A model generated the notes under the pieces. It worked only from the letters and a program-made list of their open reading frames with translations, ran no database searches and was not told the origin of the DNA. A stretch of DNA of 64,000 bases from Selenomonadales bacterium (lineage in GTDB: Bacteria > Bacillota > Clostridia > Christensenellales > QALW01). Within the stretch, counting starts at the first letter, position 1. Each line of letters begins with the position of its first letter. Made by a program: the position numbers and the translations under genes. The stretch is from assembly GCA_003150515.1 (NCBI GenBank), contig QALW01000044.1, forward strand, positions 5,838 to 69,837, in the 5' to 3' direction. This document shows, one piece after another, positions 26,105 through 36,193 of the stretch.

Positions 26105-27784
26105 CTAGTCTTTTTTGCCGTATTGCTGCTTATCCCGCTCTCTAATATCTTTGCGTTTCAGTTTTCCGCTGATGGTCTTTTCTATATCATCTACAAATTC
26201 AATAATCCGCGGATATTTATATGGCGCCGTAACCCTTTTAACATGGTTCTGCAGCTCTTTTTTCAACTGTTCGCTGGGCTGATAGCCCTTTGCAAGAGCA
26301 ACAGTGGCCTTGACAAGCTGTCCTCTGTCCGGATCAGGCACGCCGGTAATCGCGCATTCAAGCACCGCAGGATGCTCCAGCAGCGCGCTTTCTACCTCAA
26401 ACGGCCCAATTCTGTAGCCCGAGCTCTTTATAACGTCGTCCGCGCGCCCTATAAAGTAATAGAAGCCCTCTTCATCCCGCCAGGCAACGTCTCCTGTATA
26501 ATATAATCCGTCGTGCCATGCCGACTGCGTGTTGGCCTGGTCCTTATAATATCCGCAGAACAGCCCTGCCGGCTTGCCCTTATCGGTATGTATTACTATC
26601 TGTCCTTCTTCGCCGGCGCCTACCGGACGGCCGTTATCGTCCACCAAATCTACGTTTAAAAGTGGATTGGGTTTGCCTGTCGAGCCTTCCCTGGGCTGCA
26701 TGAAGTGGCAGGTGGCCAAAATAGGCGTGCCCTCGCTTTGGCCGAACGCTTCATATATTTTATGCCCGGTTATCTGCTGCCAGCGCCGGAGCACTTCGGG
26801 ATTAAGCGGCTCGCCGGCCGTGGTGCAGTGAGTTATAGAGGAAAAATCCAAGCCGGATAAATCCTCTTTTATTAATGAGCGGTAAATGGTGGGCGGGGCG
26901 CAGAAGGTGTTCACTTTATGCCTGCATACCGCCTCAATCAGCTCCAGCGGATGGAATTTCCCGTCGTAGTCGTATACAAACTGCGCGCTGCCCGCAATCC
27001 ATTGCCCATAGCATTTGCCCCAGCCGCATTTTGCCCAGCCCGTGTCCGCAACAGAAATATGCAGGCCGTCATCCAATACCTTGTGCCAATAGACGGCGGT
27101 GAATATATGTCCCAGCGGATAGTTGTAGTCGTGCAGCACCATCTTGGGCATGCCGGTGGTGCCCGAGGTGAAGAACATCAGCATGGGCTCCGCTCCGCCG
27201 GCGCGTTCAAAAGGCGTAAAATTCTCCTCTCCGCTGTTAAGCAGCTCATAAAAATCTATCCAGCCAGGCCGCTTCTGCCCAAGAGCCACTTTGAATTCCA
27301 GCGTGGGCGACTGCTCCTGAGATTGGTCCACATGCTCTGTGATAAAAGGATCCGAATCGGCTATTACCATGCGTACTCCCGCGGCATTATTGCGGTAGAT
27401 TACGTCTTTTTTGGTCAGCATGTGGGTGGCTGGAATTATCACAGCGCCCAGCTTGTGCAGCGCGGGATAGGTTATCCAATATTCCGCGCGGCGCTTGAGG
27501 ATGACCATTATAAAATCGCCCTTTTTTATGCCCAGCTTCTGAAGCGCGCTGGCCAGCTTGTTGCTCAAAAGGGAGATGTCCTTAAAGGAATATTCGCGCT
27601 CCTCCCCCTTGTCGTTGCACCAGACCAGCGCCCGCTTATCGGGCTGAAGACGGGCGTATTCATCCACAACGTCAAAACCGAAATTGAAATTTTCCGGTAT
27701 GCGGAGGGCCAGTTTCTCCTTCATGCTCTCATAATCATTAAAATCAGCGTTTAAATATCTGTCGGTAAAATTCATTTTCTGCAA
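26105..27784 (-). CDS. AMP-forming acyl-CoA synthetase (medium-chain/acetyl-CoA synthetase-like)
   Basis: AMP-binding motif FFTSGTTGMPKMV; YYTGDVAWRDEEGFYYFIGRADDVIKSSGYRIGPFEVE. Confidence 0.9.
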   Translation of the reverse strand: MQKMNFTDRYLNADFNDYESMKEKLALRIPENFNFGFDVVDEYARLQPDKRALVWCNDKGEEREYSFKDISLLSNKLASALQKLGIKKGDFIMVILKRRAEYWITYPALHKLGAVIIPATHMLTKKDVIYRNNAAGVRMVIADSDPFITEHVDQSQEQSPTLEFKVALGQKRPGWIDFYELLNSGEENFTPFERAGGAEPMLMFFTSGTTGMPKMVLHDYNYPLGHIFTAVYWHKVLDDGLHISVADTGWAKCGWGKCYGQWIAGSAQFVYDYDGKFHPLELIEAVCRHKVNTFCAPPTIYRSLIKEDLSGLDFSSITHCTTAGEPLNPEVLRRWQQITGHKIYEAFGQSEGTPILATCHFMQPREGSTGKPNPLLNVDLVDDNGRPVGAGEEGQIVIHTDKGKPAGLFCGYYKDQANTQSAWHDGLYYTGDVAWRDEEGFYYFIGRADDVIKSSGYRIGPFEVESALLEHPAVLECAITGVPDPDRGQLVKATVALAKGYQPSEQLKKELQNHVKRVTAPYKYPRIIEFVDDIEKTISGKLKRKDIRERDKQQYGKKD

Positions 27785-27794
27785 TCCTCAAAGC

Positions 27795-28349
27795 TTATAG
27801 TATAATAGCCAGGAACGTGGCATCTTCCTCTCCCACAGAACGCATGCCGTGGGGCTGGCTGGAATCAAAATATATGCAGTCTCCCTCATTGAGAATAAAT
27901 TCTTCCTCTCCCAGCACCAGCTTCATCCTGCCCGAGAGCACATATTCAAATTCCTGCCCCTCGTGTATTGAAAGGCTTATAGGCTCGTCGTCCTTTTCGG
28001 GCGGCGCGGTAACAAAAAGAGGCTCCATGCGCTTGCCTATGAATTTATAGGCGAGGGAATTGTATTTATACGCCTTGCGGCGGTCTATTTCTACTCCGTC
28101 TCCCTTGCGCACCAGCGTGTATTTATGCAGATGCGGATCTCCCCCCGTAAGGATGGTGGTCAGCTCTACGTTGTAAAAGCCAGCCAGGGCGTAAAGTACG
28201 CTTATGGGAATGTCAGCCCGGCCCTCTTCATAATCCAGATATTCTTCCGCCGTCACTCCGGCGGCCCGCGCCGCCTGCTCGACGGTGTATTCGCAGATTT
28301 GGCGCAGCTCTTTTATGCGTATGGAAATTTGCAGTATCTGCTCGGACAT
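27795..28349 (-). CDS. XRE-family HTH transcriptional regulator with a C-terminal cupin domain
   Basis: HTH IRIKELRQICEYTVEQAARAAGVTAEEYLDYEEG; cupin HEGQEFEYVLSGRMKL...GDCIYFDSSQPHG. Start set at the ATG that has a GGGAGG RBS. Confidence 0.85.
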   Translation of the reverse strand: MSEQILQISIRIKELRQICEYTVEQAARAAGVTAEEYLDYEEGRADIPISVLYALAGFYNVELTTILTGGDPHLHKYTLVRKGDGVEIDRRKAYKYNSLAYKFIGKRMEPLFVTAPPEKDDEPISLSIHEGQEFEYVLSGRMKLVLGEEEFILNEGDCIYFDSSQPHGMRSVGEEDATFLAIIL

Positions 28350-28497
28350 TTTTATTTGCCTCCCTGTTATCAATTTTACCCTGCGGCCGGCTGGCCGGAG
28401 GGGAGAAAATGCGCGGCCGCGCTTAATTTAAGGATGAAAAGCGCTCGGCCGGAAAGCCCGTTTAACGGCGCCGGAGCGCTGAAGGCGTTCCGCAAGA

Positions 28498-30300
28498 TTA
28501 TTTGGCGCCAGGCTCCTCGTCCGCGCGGGCCAGAGCTTCAAGAATACGGGCGCTGCGCTTTAAAAACGCGTCCATGCGCTCGCCCGTTAAGGGCTCGCTG
28601 GTCATATATGCCAAATCGTAAAGCTGCTCGGCCAGCTCCTGGCGCTTATCCGCTTCCATGCCGTCCATAGCCTGAATAAGTCCGCTCTGGCTGTTAAGCA
28701 CAAGGGTATGCTTGCCCGGCATAGCGTTTTCCATGCCTACGCCGTAATATTTGCTCATATCCCTGAAACGGCGGGTTTGCTCGTCGGTAAGGAGAATTGC
28801 AGGCGGCCCCGCCTTAAGAGGCTGGGCGGAAACTTCGGTGTTTTCCCCTGCAATCAGCTTGAACTGTTCGCATAAGGAGGAGAATTCGCCTCCGCCTTCT
28901 CCCTTGAGCGCCGAGGCTATGTCCGCGTCTATTCGGGCCATTGTCAGCCCCTGCTCCTTGGATTCCAGGAAATTTATAAAGGGCTGGTCTATTACCCCGT
29001 CTAAAATTACGGCGTTCAGCCCGTTTTCTTTAAACAGGCTGATATAGCCCGCTTGCTGAACGGCGTTGGTAACGTAATAAATCTTTTTCTCGGGCGCGAA
29101 TTTCTCTATATATTCTGAAAGCGTATAGTAATCGCCGTTAATATCGTTAAATACTATGTCGCCGTATATCCGCTCGCAGAATTTTTCCTCCCGCATGCAG
29201 CCGTATTTTATAAATACTCCGATATCCTGCCAGCATTTTTCATATTCCTCCCGCGAGGAATCAAACATGCCGCATAAACGGTCGGATACTTTTTTAGTTA
29301 TGTGGTCGCGGATTTTTTTAAGAGTGCCGTCGTTCTGCAAAAAGGAGCGGGAGACGTTAAGAGGCATGTCCGGGCAGTCTATTACGCCTTTAAGCAACAT
29401 TAAAAATTCGGGAATAACCTCTTTTATATTGTCCGCGACATATACCTGATTGTTATAGAGCTTTATTTCTCCCTGCATATTATCCATGCGTCCCGAAAGG
29501 CGGGGGAAATAGAGAATGCCCTTGAGATTGAAGGGATAGTCCACATTGAGATGAATCCAGAACAAAGGCTCGGTAAAATCCGCGAATACCTTGGAATAAA
29601 AGCTTTTATATTCTTCTTCGGAGCATTCGGAGGGCTTTTTCAGCCAGAGGGGAGAGCAGTCGTTAATCTGCTCCTCTTTTTCGCCGCAGAGAAATACGGG
29701 GCGGGGAAGAAATGAGCAGTATTTATTGAGCACGCTTCTTAAACGGGGCTCTTCCAGAAATTCGCGGGAATCCTCGTCTATGTAAAGAATAATATCCGTG
29801 CCCGGAGCCGTGCGGCTGCCGCCTGAAAGCTCGTATTCGCTGCTGCCGTCGCTTTCCCAGCGCACGGCTTCCGCTCCCGGCCGATAGGAGAGAGTTTGTA
29901 TAACCACTTTTTCGGCCACCATAAACGCAGAATAGAAGCCCAGCCCGAAATGGCCGATAATATCCCGGCCGTCCGCCTGGCTTTCATATTTTTCTATAAA
30001 ATCGTAGGCGCCCGAGAAGGCCACCTGATTGATATATTTGCGCACCTCGTCGGCCGTCATGCCCAGCCCGTTATCCGAAATGGTAAGGGTGCCCTCGGTT
30101 GAATTTGCTCTTATTTCCACGCGGTAGCTATCGGGGGCTTCCGCTTCGGACATAGCCGCCAGCTTATCCCGCTTGCTTATGGCGTCGCAGGCGTTGCTGA
30201 CCAATTCGCGCAGGAATATATCCTTGTCGCTGTAAAGCCATTTTTTTATTATAGGCATTAAATTTTCAGTATTTACGCTTAAAGTGCCTTTTTCCTGCAT
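28498..30300 (-). CDS. htpG: molecular chaperone HtpG (Hsp90 family)
   Basis: ELVSNACDAISK, ISDNGLGMT, GHFGLGFYSAFMVA. Confidence 0.92.
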   Translation of the reverse strand: MQEKGTLSVNTENLMPIIKKWLYSDKDIFLRELVSNACDAISKRDKLAAMSEAEAPDSYRVEIRANSTEGTLTISDNGLGMTADEVRKYINQVAFSGAYDFIEKYESQADGRDIIGHFGLGFYSAFMVAEKVVIQTLSYRPGAEAVRWESDGSSEYELSGGSRTAPGTDIILYIDEDSREFLEEPRLRSVLNKYCSFLPRPVFLCGEKEEQINDCSPLWLKKPSECSEEEYKSFYSKVFADFTEPLFWIHLNVDYPFNLKGILYFPRLSGRMDNMQGEIKLYNNQVYVADNIKEVIPEFLMLLKGVIDCPDMPLNVSRSFLQNDGTLKKIRDHITKKVSDRLCGMFDSSREEYEKCWQDIGVFIKYGCMREEKFCERIYGDIVFNDINGDYYTLSEYIEKFAPEKKIYYVTNAVQQAGYISLFKENGLNAVILDGVIDQPFINFLESKEQGLTMARIDADIASALKGEGGGEFSSLCEQFKLIAGENTEVSAQPLKAGPPAILLTDEQTRRFRDMSKYYGVGMENAMPGKHTLVLNSQSGLIQAMDGMEADKRQELAEQLYDLAYMTSEPLTGERMDAFLKRSARILEALARADEEPGAK

Positions 30301-30367
30301 GTTTATTCCTCTTTTCCTATGGACGTGTATTTAATTAAGATTTTAAATGAGGCGGGGCGCTTTTGTT

Positions 30368-31642
30368 TCAGCGCTCCACCCTTATAATGCTGTTTACCCT
30401 GACCTGCTCCAGCTTGGATAATTCCTCGGCCGCCTGCTTGAGGGAGAGCTCTTTGGAGGAGTGAGTAAGGAAGATAATGGGCACGCCCTCCTGATTGGAA
30501 GCGGGCTTTTGCACCATGGAAGCTATGCTTACGCCGTAGCGCGCAAAAACTCCGGCTATAGCTGAAAGCACGCCCGGTCTGTCCGGGCAGGTGAGCCGGA
30601 CGTAAAAGCCGGTTTCCCAGTTATAGCTGAAGGACGCCTGGCTTTGGGGGGTATTGGGAAAGGTGGTATATTGATGAACGTCGGTATGGGCCGCGTAGAT
30701 TAAATCGGAGACCACCGCGCTGCCTGTGGGCAGGCCGCCCGCGCCCTGGCCGGAGAGCATTAATTCCCCTACAGAGTTGCCGTGAATGAATACGGCGTTG
30801 GTGGCGCCGTCTATTGAGGCCAAGGGATGCTCCCTGGGGATGAACGTGGGATGCACGCGCACTTCTATATGCCCGTCCTGCTTTTTGCCTATGGCGAGCA
30901 GCTTGAGAGTGAGGCCGAATTCCTGGCCGAAGCGTATATCGGCGCCCGAAATGCCGGTTATGCCCTCAACGTAAACTTTATCCACCGGCACTCTTGTATG
31001 AAAAGCCAGGCTGGAGAGGATGGAGAGCTTAAAGGCGGCGTCCATGCCGTCCACATCCAGAGAGGGATCGGGCTCGGCCAGGCCGAGGCGCTGGGCGTCG
31101 GCCAGCACGGGGGCGTAATCACGGCCCTCCTTGCTCATGGCGCTGAGGATATAGTTGGTGGTGCCGTTGATAATGCCCATTATGCGGTCTATATCATTGG
31201 CCTGCATGCTGCTTATAAGAGTGCGGATGATTGGTATTCCGCCGGCGGCTGAGGCTTCAAAATAGAGCCCGGCGTTATGCTCGCGGGCGCATTGCTCCAA
31301 TTCGGGCCAGCATTGCGCGAGCGCCACTTTATTGGCGGTTATAACTGTTTTGCCGTTTTTAAGGGCCTGAAGCATATATTCACGGGCGGGCTCCTTGCCG
31401 CCTAGGAATTCGGCTACCAGCTCTATTTCGGGATCATTGAGCACGTCCTGAGGCTGGGTAGTTAAGATGTCCGCGTCTACGCCGTCCGGCCGGGCTTTAT
31501 CAAGAGAACGCACCAGCGCGCGCTTGACAATCAGGCGCAGCCCCTCTCTTTGTTCTATAAGCTTTGCGTTGTCTTTTAATATGGAGTAGGTGCCTGAGCC
31601 CACGTTTCCCATGCCGAGAAAGCCTATTTTGACAGTTTTCAT
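30368..31642 (-). CDS. hom: homoserine dehydrogenase with a C-terminal ACT domain
   Basis: KIGFLGMGNVGSG, GIINGTTNYILS, ACT-like tail. AAGGAGG RBS. Confidence 0.92.
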   Translation of the reverse strand: MKTVKIGFLGMGNVGSGTYSILKDNAKLIEQREGLRLIVKRALVRSLDKARPDGVDADILTTQPQDVLNDPEIELVAEFLGGKEPAREYMLQALKNGKTVITANKVALAQCWPELEQCAREHNAGLYFEASAAGGIPIIRTLISSMQANDIDRIMGIINGTTNYILSAMSKEGRDYAPVLADAQRLGLAEPDPSLDVDGMDAAFKLSILSSLAFHTRVPVDKVYVEGITGISGADIRFGQEFGLTLKLLAIGKKQDGHIEVRVHPTFIPREHPLASIDGATNAVFIHGNSVGELMLSGQGAGGLPTGSAVVSDLIYAAHTDVHQYTTFPNTPQSQASFSYNWETGFYVRLTCPDRPGVLSAIAGVFARYGVSIASMVQKPASNQEGVPIIFLTHSSKELSLKQAAEELSKLEQVRVNSIIRVER

Positions 31643-31721
31643 AATATCCTCCTTGCCGCGGTCTGCATATTGCTATTCTGCCTGGAATTTCTTATGCGAA
31701 ATTACGTTTGTTAAGTTATTT

Positions 31722-32492
31722 TCAGCCTGCGTTTAATTTATAGAGTATGCGCAGGCCCTCAAGAGTGAGCAGGCGGTCGGTTATATTGATGCATTTGGTC
31801 ATGCCGGCTATTACTCCCGACATACCGCCCGTAGCCACAACCCGCGCCTGGGGAGCGTTCATTTCCTGCTTAAAAGCGGAAACGAGATATTCCAATTGGC
31901 CCACATATCCGTAAAGCAGGCCGGCCTGCATGCAGGAGACGGTATTGCGGCCGATAACGCTTTTAGGCAGTTCAAGATCTATTTTAGGCAGCTTGGCGGC
32001 GCGTTCGGTAAGCGCGTCCACAGCCACGCGGACGCCGGGGAGTATGCAGCCGCCAAGAAATTCGCCGTGGGCAGTGACGGCGCTCATGGTGGTGGCCGTG
32101 CCGAAATCAATTACTATGAGATCGCCTCCGTAGCGGGTGAAAGCGCTTACGGCGTCGGTTATGAGATCGCCCCCCAGCTCTCGGGGGTTATCCAGCTTGA
32201 TATTCAGGCCGGTTTTAATGCCGGGGCCTACCAATAGGGGATGCTGGCCCAGATAGAATTCCAGCATATGAGTAAGCGTATAATTGATGCCGGGCACAAC
32301 CGAAGACATTATTGCGCCTGAAATATCCTGCTTGCCCGCTCCGGCGTGGGAGAGCAGATTCATAAGCATAAGGCCGTATTCGTCGCTGGTTTTTTTAAGG
32401 TCGGTAGAAAGGCGCCAGCTTGCTGCCAGGCGTTCGCCGTCATAGAGTCCCAGCTTTATATTTGTATTGCCTACGTCAGTTACCAGCAGCAT
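31722..32492 (-). CDS. coaX: type III pantothenate kinase
   Basis: MLLVTDVGNTNIKLGLY, VIDFGTATT, VVATGG. AAGGAGG RBS. Confidence 0.92.
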   Translation of the reverse strand: MLLVTDVGNTNIKLGLYDGERLAASWRLSTDLKKTSDEYGLMLMNLLSHAGAGKQDISGAIMSSVVPGINYTLTHMLEFYLGQHPLLVGPGIKTGLNIKLDNPRELGGDLITDAVSAFTRYGGDLIVIDFGTATTMSAVTAHGEFLGGCILPGVRVAVDALTERAAKLPKIDLELPKSVIGRNTVSCMQAGLLYGYVGQLEYLVSAFKQEMNAPQARVVATGGMSGVIAGMTKCINITDRLLTLEGLRILYKLNAG

Positions 32493-33333
32493 CCGAATCC
32501 TCCTTTAAAGGAACAGCTTTTTTTCTGTTCGCTCCGGTTATGGCCAGGGTTACGGGAGTGCCTACGGCGGTTATTACCACCATTTCCAGAATGCCGTTTA
32601 TGGCCAGAAGTCCGAAGAGATATTTTATAAAGCCCGAATTGGTGGCCAAATCTCCGGCGAGCAGCTCGGGGAAGAATATGGGCACAAAGAAATAGAAGGC
32701 CAGCAGAGTAAAAATGGTGTTGGACAGGCTGCCGGCAGCGCAGCCGAAAGAGACGGCCGCGCGTTCAGGATCGCGGAATTTATTCTTTGCCGCCGCATAG
32801 AGGCCTATTCCGGCAAGGCAGCCGAAAGGGGACGCTATAAGCGCGCACAGCACCGGGGAAATGGCCAGACCGGCGTTAAGGGAAGAAAATATGACGATTG
32901 TAACTATTACGCCTGCGAGCACGCCGGTCAGACCGCCTATAAAGCCGGCCGAGCTGTCCGAACGCTTGGCCATGCGGCGGCTGGCGCTTGTAAACAGCTT
33001 TTGCATAAGCTTATAGACGCCGTAAGCGCCTGGCGTAATAAAAAGGCGGGGGAGTATGGCTATTAAGGGGTTTTGAAAGGTGACGTCGGCTACGCCCATG
33101 GGCGTAAAGGCCCGGATTAGGGAGAGCACGCCGAAAGCCAGGGATAAAATCATGCCCTTTTTAAAGCCCAGTATGATTGTGCCCACAATAGCGGGCAGAT
33201 GCACTATGGAAAGGGAAATTGCCGGCGTGAGCGGGATGAAGCCGATATAAGGCACGAATGCCAGCACGGCCATCAATGCAATAAACAGGCCCAGTATTGT
33301 GATGTCTTTTGTGTTTGATTTTTTTGTTTTCAT
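32476..33333 (-). CDS. ECF-transporter S-component-like membrane protein (possibly pantothenate-specific, PanT-like) with an extended middle region
   Basis: ITILGLFIALMAVLAFVPYIGFIPLTP...HLPAIVGTIILG resembles S components. It overlaps coaX by 17 nt. The substrate guess comes from gene context only. Confidence 0.55.
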   Translation of the reverse strand: MKTKKSNTKDITILGLFIALMAVLAFVPYIGFIPLTPAISLSIVHLPAIVGTIILGFKKGMILSLAFGVLSLIRAFTPMGVADVTFQNPLIAILPRLFITPGAYGVYKLMQKLFTSASRRMAKRSDSSAGFIGGLTGVLAGVIVTIVIFSSLNAGLAISPVLCALIASPFGCLAGIGLYAAAKNKFRDPERAAVSFGCAAGSLSNTIFTLLAFYFFVPIFFPELLAGDLATNSGFIKYLFGLLAINGILEMVVITAVGTPVTLAITGANRKKAVPLKEDSDAAGN

Positions 33334-34001
33334 TTTTTACCTCCATTTCGGCTCTCATAGGATGCCATATATTGGTTAGAATTATGTCAGCTTTTTTGGC
33401 ATGCGGGCGTGCCCGTCCCGCTGCCTGTGCTGATTTTATTTATTATATATCTTTCGCCGCTATTTCGCAAGCGGTTTTTGCCGTAAGTCCCGGAGAATGC
33501 CGCGAAGCGCGGGGCGCGGGCGGGGTTATGTAAAAAAAGGCGAGGAGAGCGGCCGGCGCGGTTTAGTGCCGGCCGCGCAGCCGGGAAGAGAGAATAAAGG
33601 ATGTAAAAATTTTTTGCTGGAGAGTAAGATGAATTTATTCGCCTGTCCCCGACGAAGGAGGGGACACAATTAAAGGGTGGGCGCCCCGCCCTCAATGTGG
33701 GCGCAGCTCATATCCATTCTCAGACAGGCTGTTTGCATATTTTTTCTTTTATATAATCTTCCCCTGTTTCGTTTGCGCCCATGCCCTTGGCCCTTGGGGC
33801 CGTCGGGCATATATATGTCTTCCCGCCCGCGCCCTGGCGCGTTTCCGGAGCTGCATGCAAAAATCCGAGGCACATTTTTCAGTATGCGCATACAAGCAAT
33901 GGTAGACTAATAATGAAACTAACGCCGTGTTCCGCGCATATAAGCGCCGGCGGGCTTAAATTAATATGCGGAGCTGTTGCCAGGCTGCCGTTTAAGGGGG
34001 T

Positions 34002-34490
34002 GTGCCTTTGCGAAAAAAGAAATTAGATACTCATATCAGTCCGCGGCTGAGCGAAATAAGCCAGGCTCGCTGCCGCGGCGCCACGAAAAAGGAAATAGCC
34101 GAGCTGCTGGGAATTTCTCTGGCGACTCTGAATAGGGCCCAGCGGGAGAATGAGGATTTGGCCCTTGCTCTCAGGCCGGTGCCTGCGCAGGAGATGGAAC
34201 GTGAAAAAATAAAAGAAGCGTTTCTTAAGCGCGCCTGCGGCTATATAGCCCGCGAAGAGGTGCGTGAGATGCGTGAAAATAAGCTGCCCGACGGCCGGGT
34301 GGAGCGTGAATTGGTATTGACAAAGCTGGTCAGCAAAGAGGTGCCGCCCGATCTTTCCGCCGCTAAATGGCTGCTGGAAAACGAGCAGAAGCGCGCGAAT
34401 CATGCTCAGCCTAATGAAATCGATTTGGATGAGGCGCTGGAAATGCTCCGGCTGCGCCAAAGGCTCTTAGAGCAAGCGGAGGAGGAATAA
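34002..34490 (+). CDS. terminase small subunit-like HTH protein
   Basis: HTH KKEIAELLGISLATLNRA and a KEVPPDLSAAKWLLENE motif typical of TerS proteins. Start is GTG at 34002 or TTG at 34008, which has better RBS spacing. Confidence 0.7.
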   Translation: MPLRKKKLDTHISPRLSEISQARCRGATKKEIAELLGISLATLNRAQRENEDLALALRPVPAQEMEREKIKEAFLKRACGYIAREEVREMRENKLPDGRVERELVLTKLVSKEVPPDLSAAKWLLENEQKRANHAQPNEIDLDEALEMLRLRQRLLEQAEEE

Positions 34491-34493
34491 TTT

Positions 34494-35909
34494 ATGGAGC
34501 GGGACGCCGTTTCGGCTATAGAACGCCTTATTAATCAAAACCCTCCTCTTTTTAAACTGGCCGGATATAACGCTCTGGGCAAGACTCATCAAAAGCAAAT
34601 GGAATTTCATAAATGCCTCAAGCGCAACCGCTGGGTGTTTGGAGGCAACCGCACGGGCAAAACTGAATGCGGGGCGGTAGAAGCGGTATGGTTCGCGCGC
34701 GGCAACCATCCGTATAGGGAGATTAATAAGCCCATGAACGGCTGGGTGGTCAGCCTTACCGGGGAGGTGCAGCGGGATGTGGCCCAGGCCAAGCTTTTAT
34801 CCTATCTTCCCCGAAACTGGATAGAGGAAATAGTAATGAAAAAAGGGCGCTCGGACAGCCCGGAAAACGGAATTATAGATTTTATAACTGTGCGCAGCGT
34901 GCACGGCGGGCTTTCCACTATAGGCTTTAAGAGCTGCGATCAGGGCCGGGGCAAATTCCAGGGCACATCCCAGGATTTCATCTGGTTTGACGAAGAGCCG
35001 CCCAGGGATATCTATGACGAATGCCGCATGAGGCTTCTGGACAGGCGGGGAGAAATTTGGGGCACAATGACTCCGCTTATGGGGCTGACATGGGTGCATG
35101 ACGATATATATATGAATTCGCGCTCCGATTCGGAGGTCTGGTATATAACGATGTCCTGGCAGGACAATCCCTTTTTAAATCCCGACGAAATCAGGCTTAT
35201 GGAAAGCGTGCTGCCCGACAGCGAGCTGGAAAGCCGGCAATACGGCAGGTTCCGCGCCGCAGGCGGCATGGTGTATCCCGAATTTGACGAGCGCGTGCAC
35301 TGCATAGAGCCATTTGACGTCCCGCCCGAATGGCAGAGCTGCATTTCAATAGATCCTGGTTTTGTCAATCCTCTCTCCGCTCACTGGTACGCCGTGGACG
35401 GAGACGGAAACATCTTTGTTATAGCCGAGCATTACGCCGCGGGGCTGTCGGCTGAGGAACACTGCCTGAGGATCAGGGAAATAAGCGAAAAACTGCATTG
35501 GAAGAAGCTTCCGTCGGGACATGTCCAGGCGCTGATGGACAGCGCCTGCCTGCAAAAGACTCTTTCAGGGCCCCGTTCCGTAGCCCAGCTTTTTTATGAG
35601 AACGGCGTAAGCGTGAATACGCGGGTGGATAAGAATGTTTGGACGGGCGTCCAGCGGGTTAAAAGCTATTTAACAAAGCGGGAGGGGCGTCCGGGCCTGT
35701 TTATCTTCAAAAACTGTCCCGAAATGATACGGGAAATAAAGGGATACCGTTACGGCGAGGGAGAAAGCCCCGTAAAAAAGGACGACCACGCTATGGACGA
35801 ATTACGGTATTACATTATGTCCAGGCCTGAGCCCGCCGTTTTTAAGCCGCCCCAAAGCAGTATTGTACAAAAGGATTTGCTGAGGCTTATGAAAAGACGC
35901 CGGCGCTGA
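34494..35909 (+). CDS. terminase large subunit
   Basis: Walker A GGNRTGKTECG, Walker B FIWFDEEP. Nuclease motifs IDPGFVNPLSAHWYAVD and DDHAMDELRYY. GAGGAGG RBS. Confidence 0.9.
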   Translation: MERDAVSAIERLINQNPPLFKLAGYNALGKTHQKQMEFHKCLKRNRWVFGGNRTGKTECGAVEAVWFARGNHPYREINKPMNGWVVSLTGEVQRDVAQAKLLSYLPRNWIEEIVMKKGRSDSPENGIIDFITVRSVHGGLSTIGFKSCDQGRGKFQGTSQDFIWFDEEPPRDIYDECRMRLLDRRGEIWGTMTPLMGLTWVHDDIYMNSRSDSEVWYITMSWQDNPFLNPDEIRLMESVLPDSELESRQYGRFRAAGGMVYPEFDERVHCIEPFDVPPEWQSCISIDPGFVNPLSAHWYAVDGDGNIFVIAEHYAAGLSAEEHCLRIREISEKLHWKKLPSGHVQALMDSACLQKTLSGPRSVAQLFYENGVSVNTRVDKNVWTGVQRVKSYLTKREGRPGLFIFKNCPEMIREIKGYRYGEGESPVKKDDHAMDELRYYIMSRPEPAVFKPPQSSIVQKDLLRLMKRRRR

Positions 35910-36193
35910 CGGGCCGAAAGAGTAATTGGCCGCGCTTGGAAAAAATATCGCCGGGCAAACGCTGAGACGCCCGGGGGCGCGGGCGGGCAGAGCCCTGGAG
36001 TTAAAATGGCGCATGTCCGCGCCATTTTAACTCCAGGGCTCGTAATATAAAAGGCGCGGTTAAAGGCTTTTGGGAAGCAGGTTTAATGCTTTTGCTGAGA
36101 AAACGGCGGAAGCAGACAAGCGTTTTGGCGCGCCGTTCCGCGGAACGCGGGACACAATTAAAGGGTGGGGCGCCCCCGCTCTAGAAAGAAAGG

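Noticed and set aside
26918-27754. 278-aa ORF antisense to the acyl-CoA synthetase gene
   Set aside because: It is embedded in a well-supported gene, has no motif and has no RBS.
33746-33764. TTGCAT...TATAAT as the promoter of the phage block
   Set aside because: The spacer between TTGCAT (33733) and TATAAT is only 13 nt, and the TATAAT is part of the recurring TTTTATATAAT repeat module.
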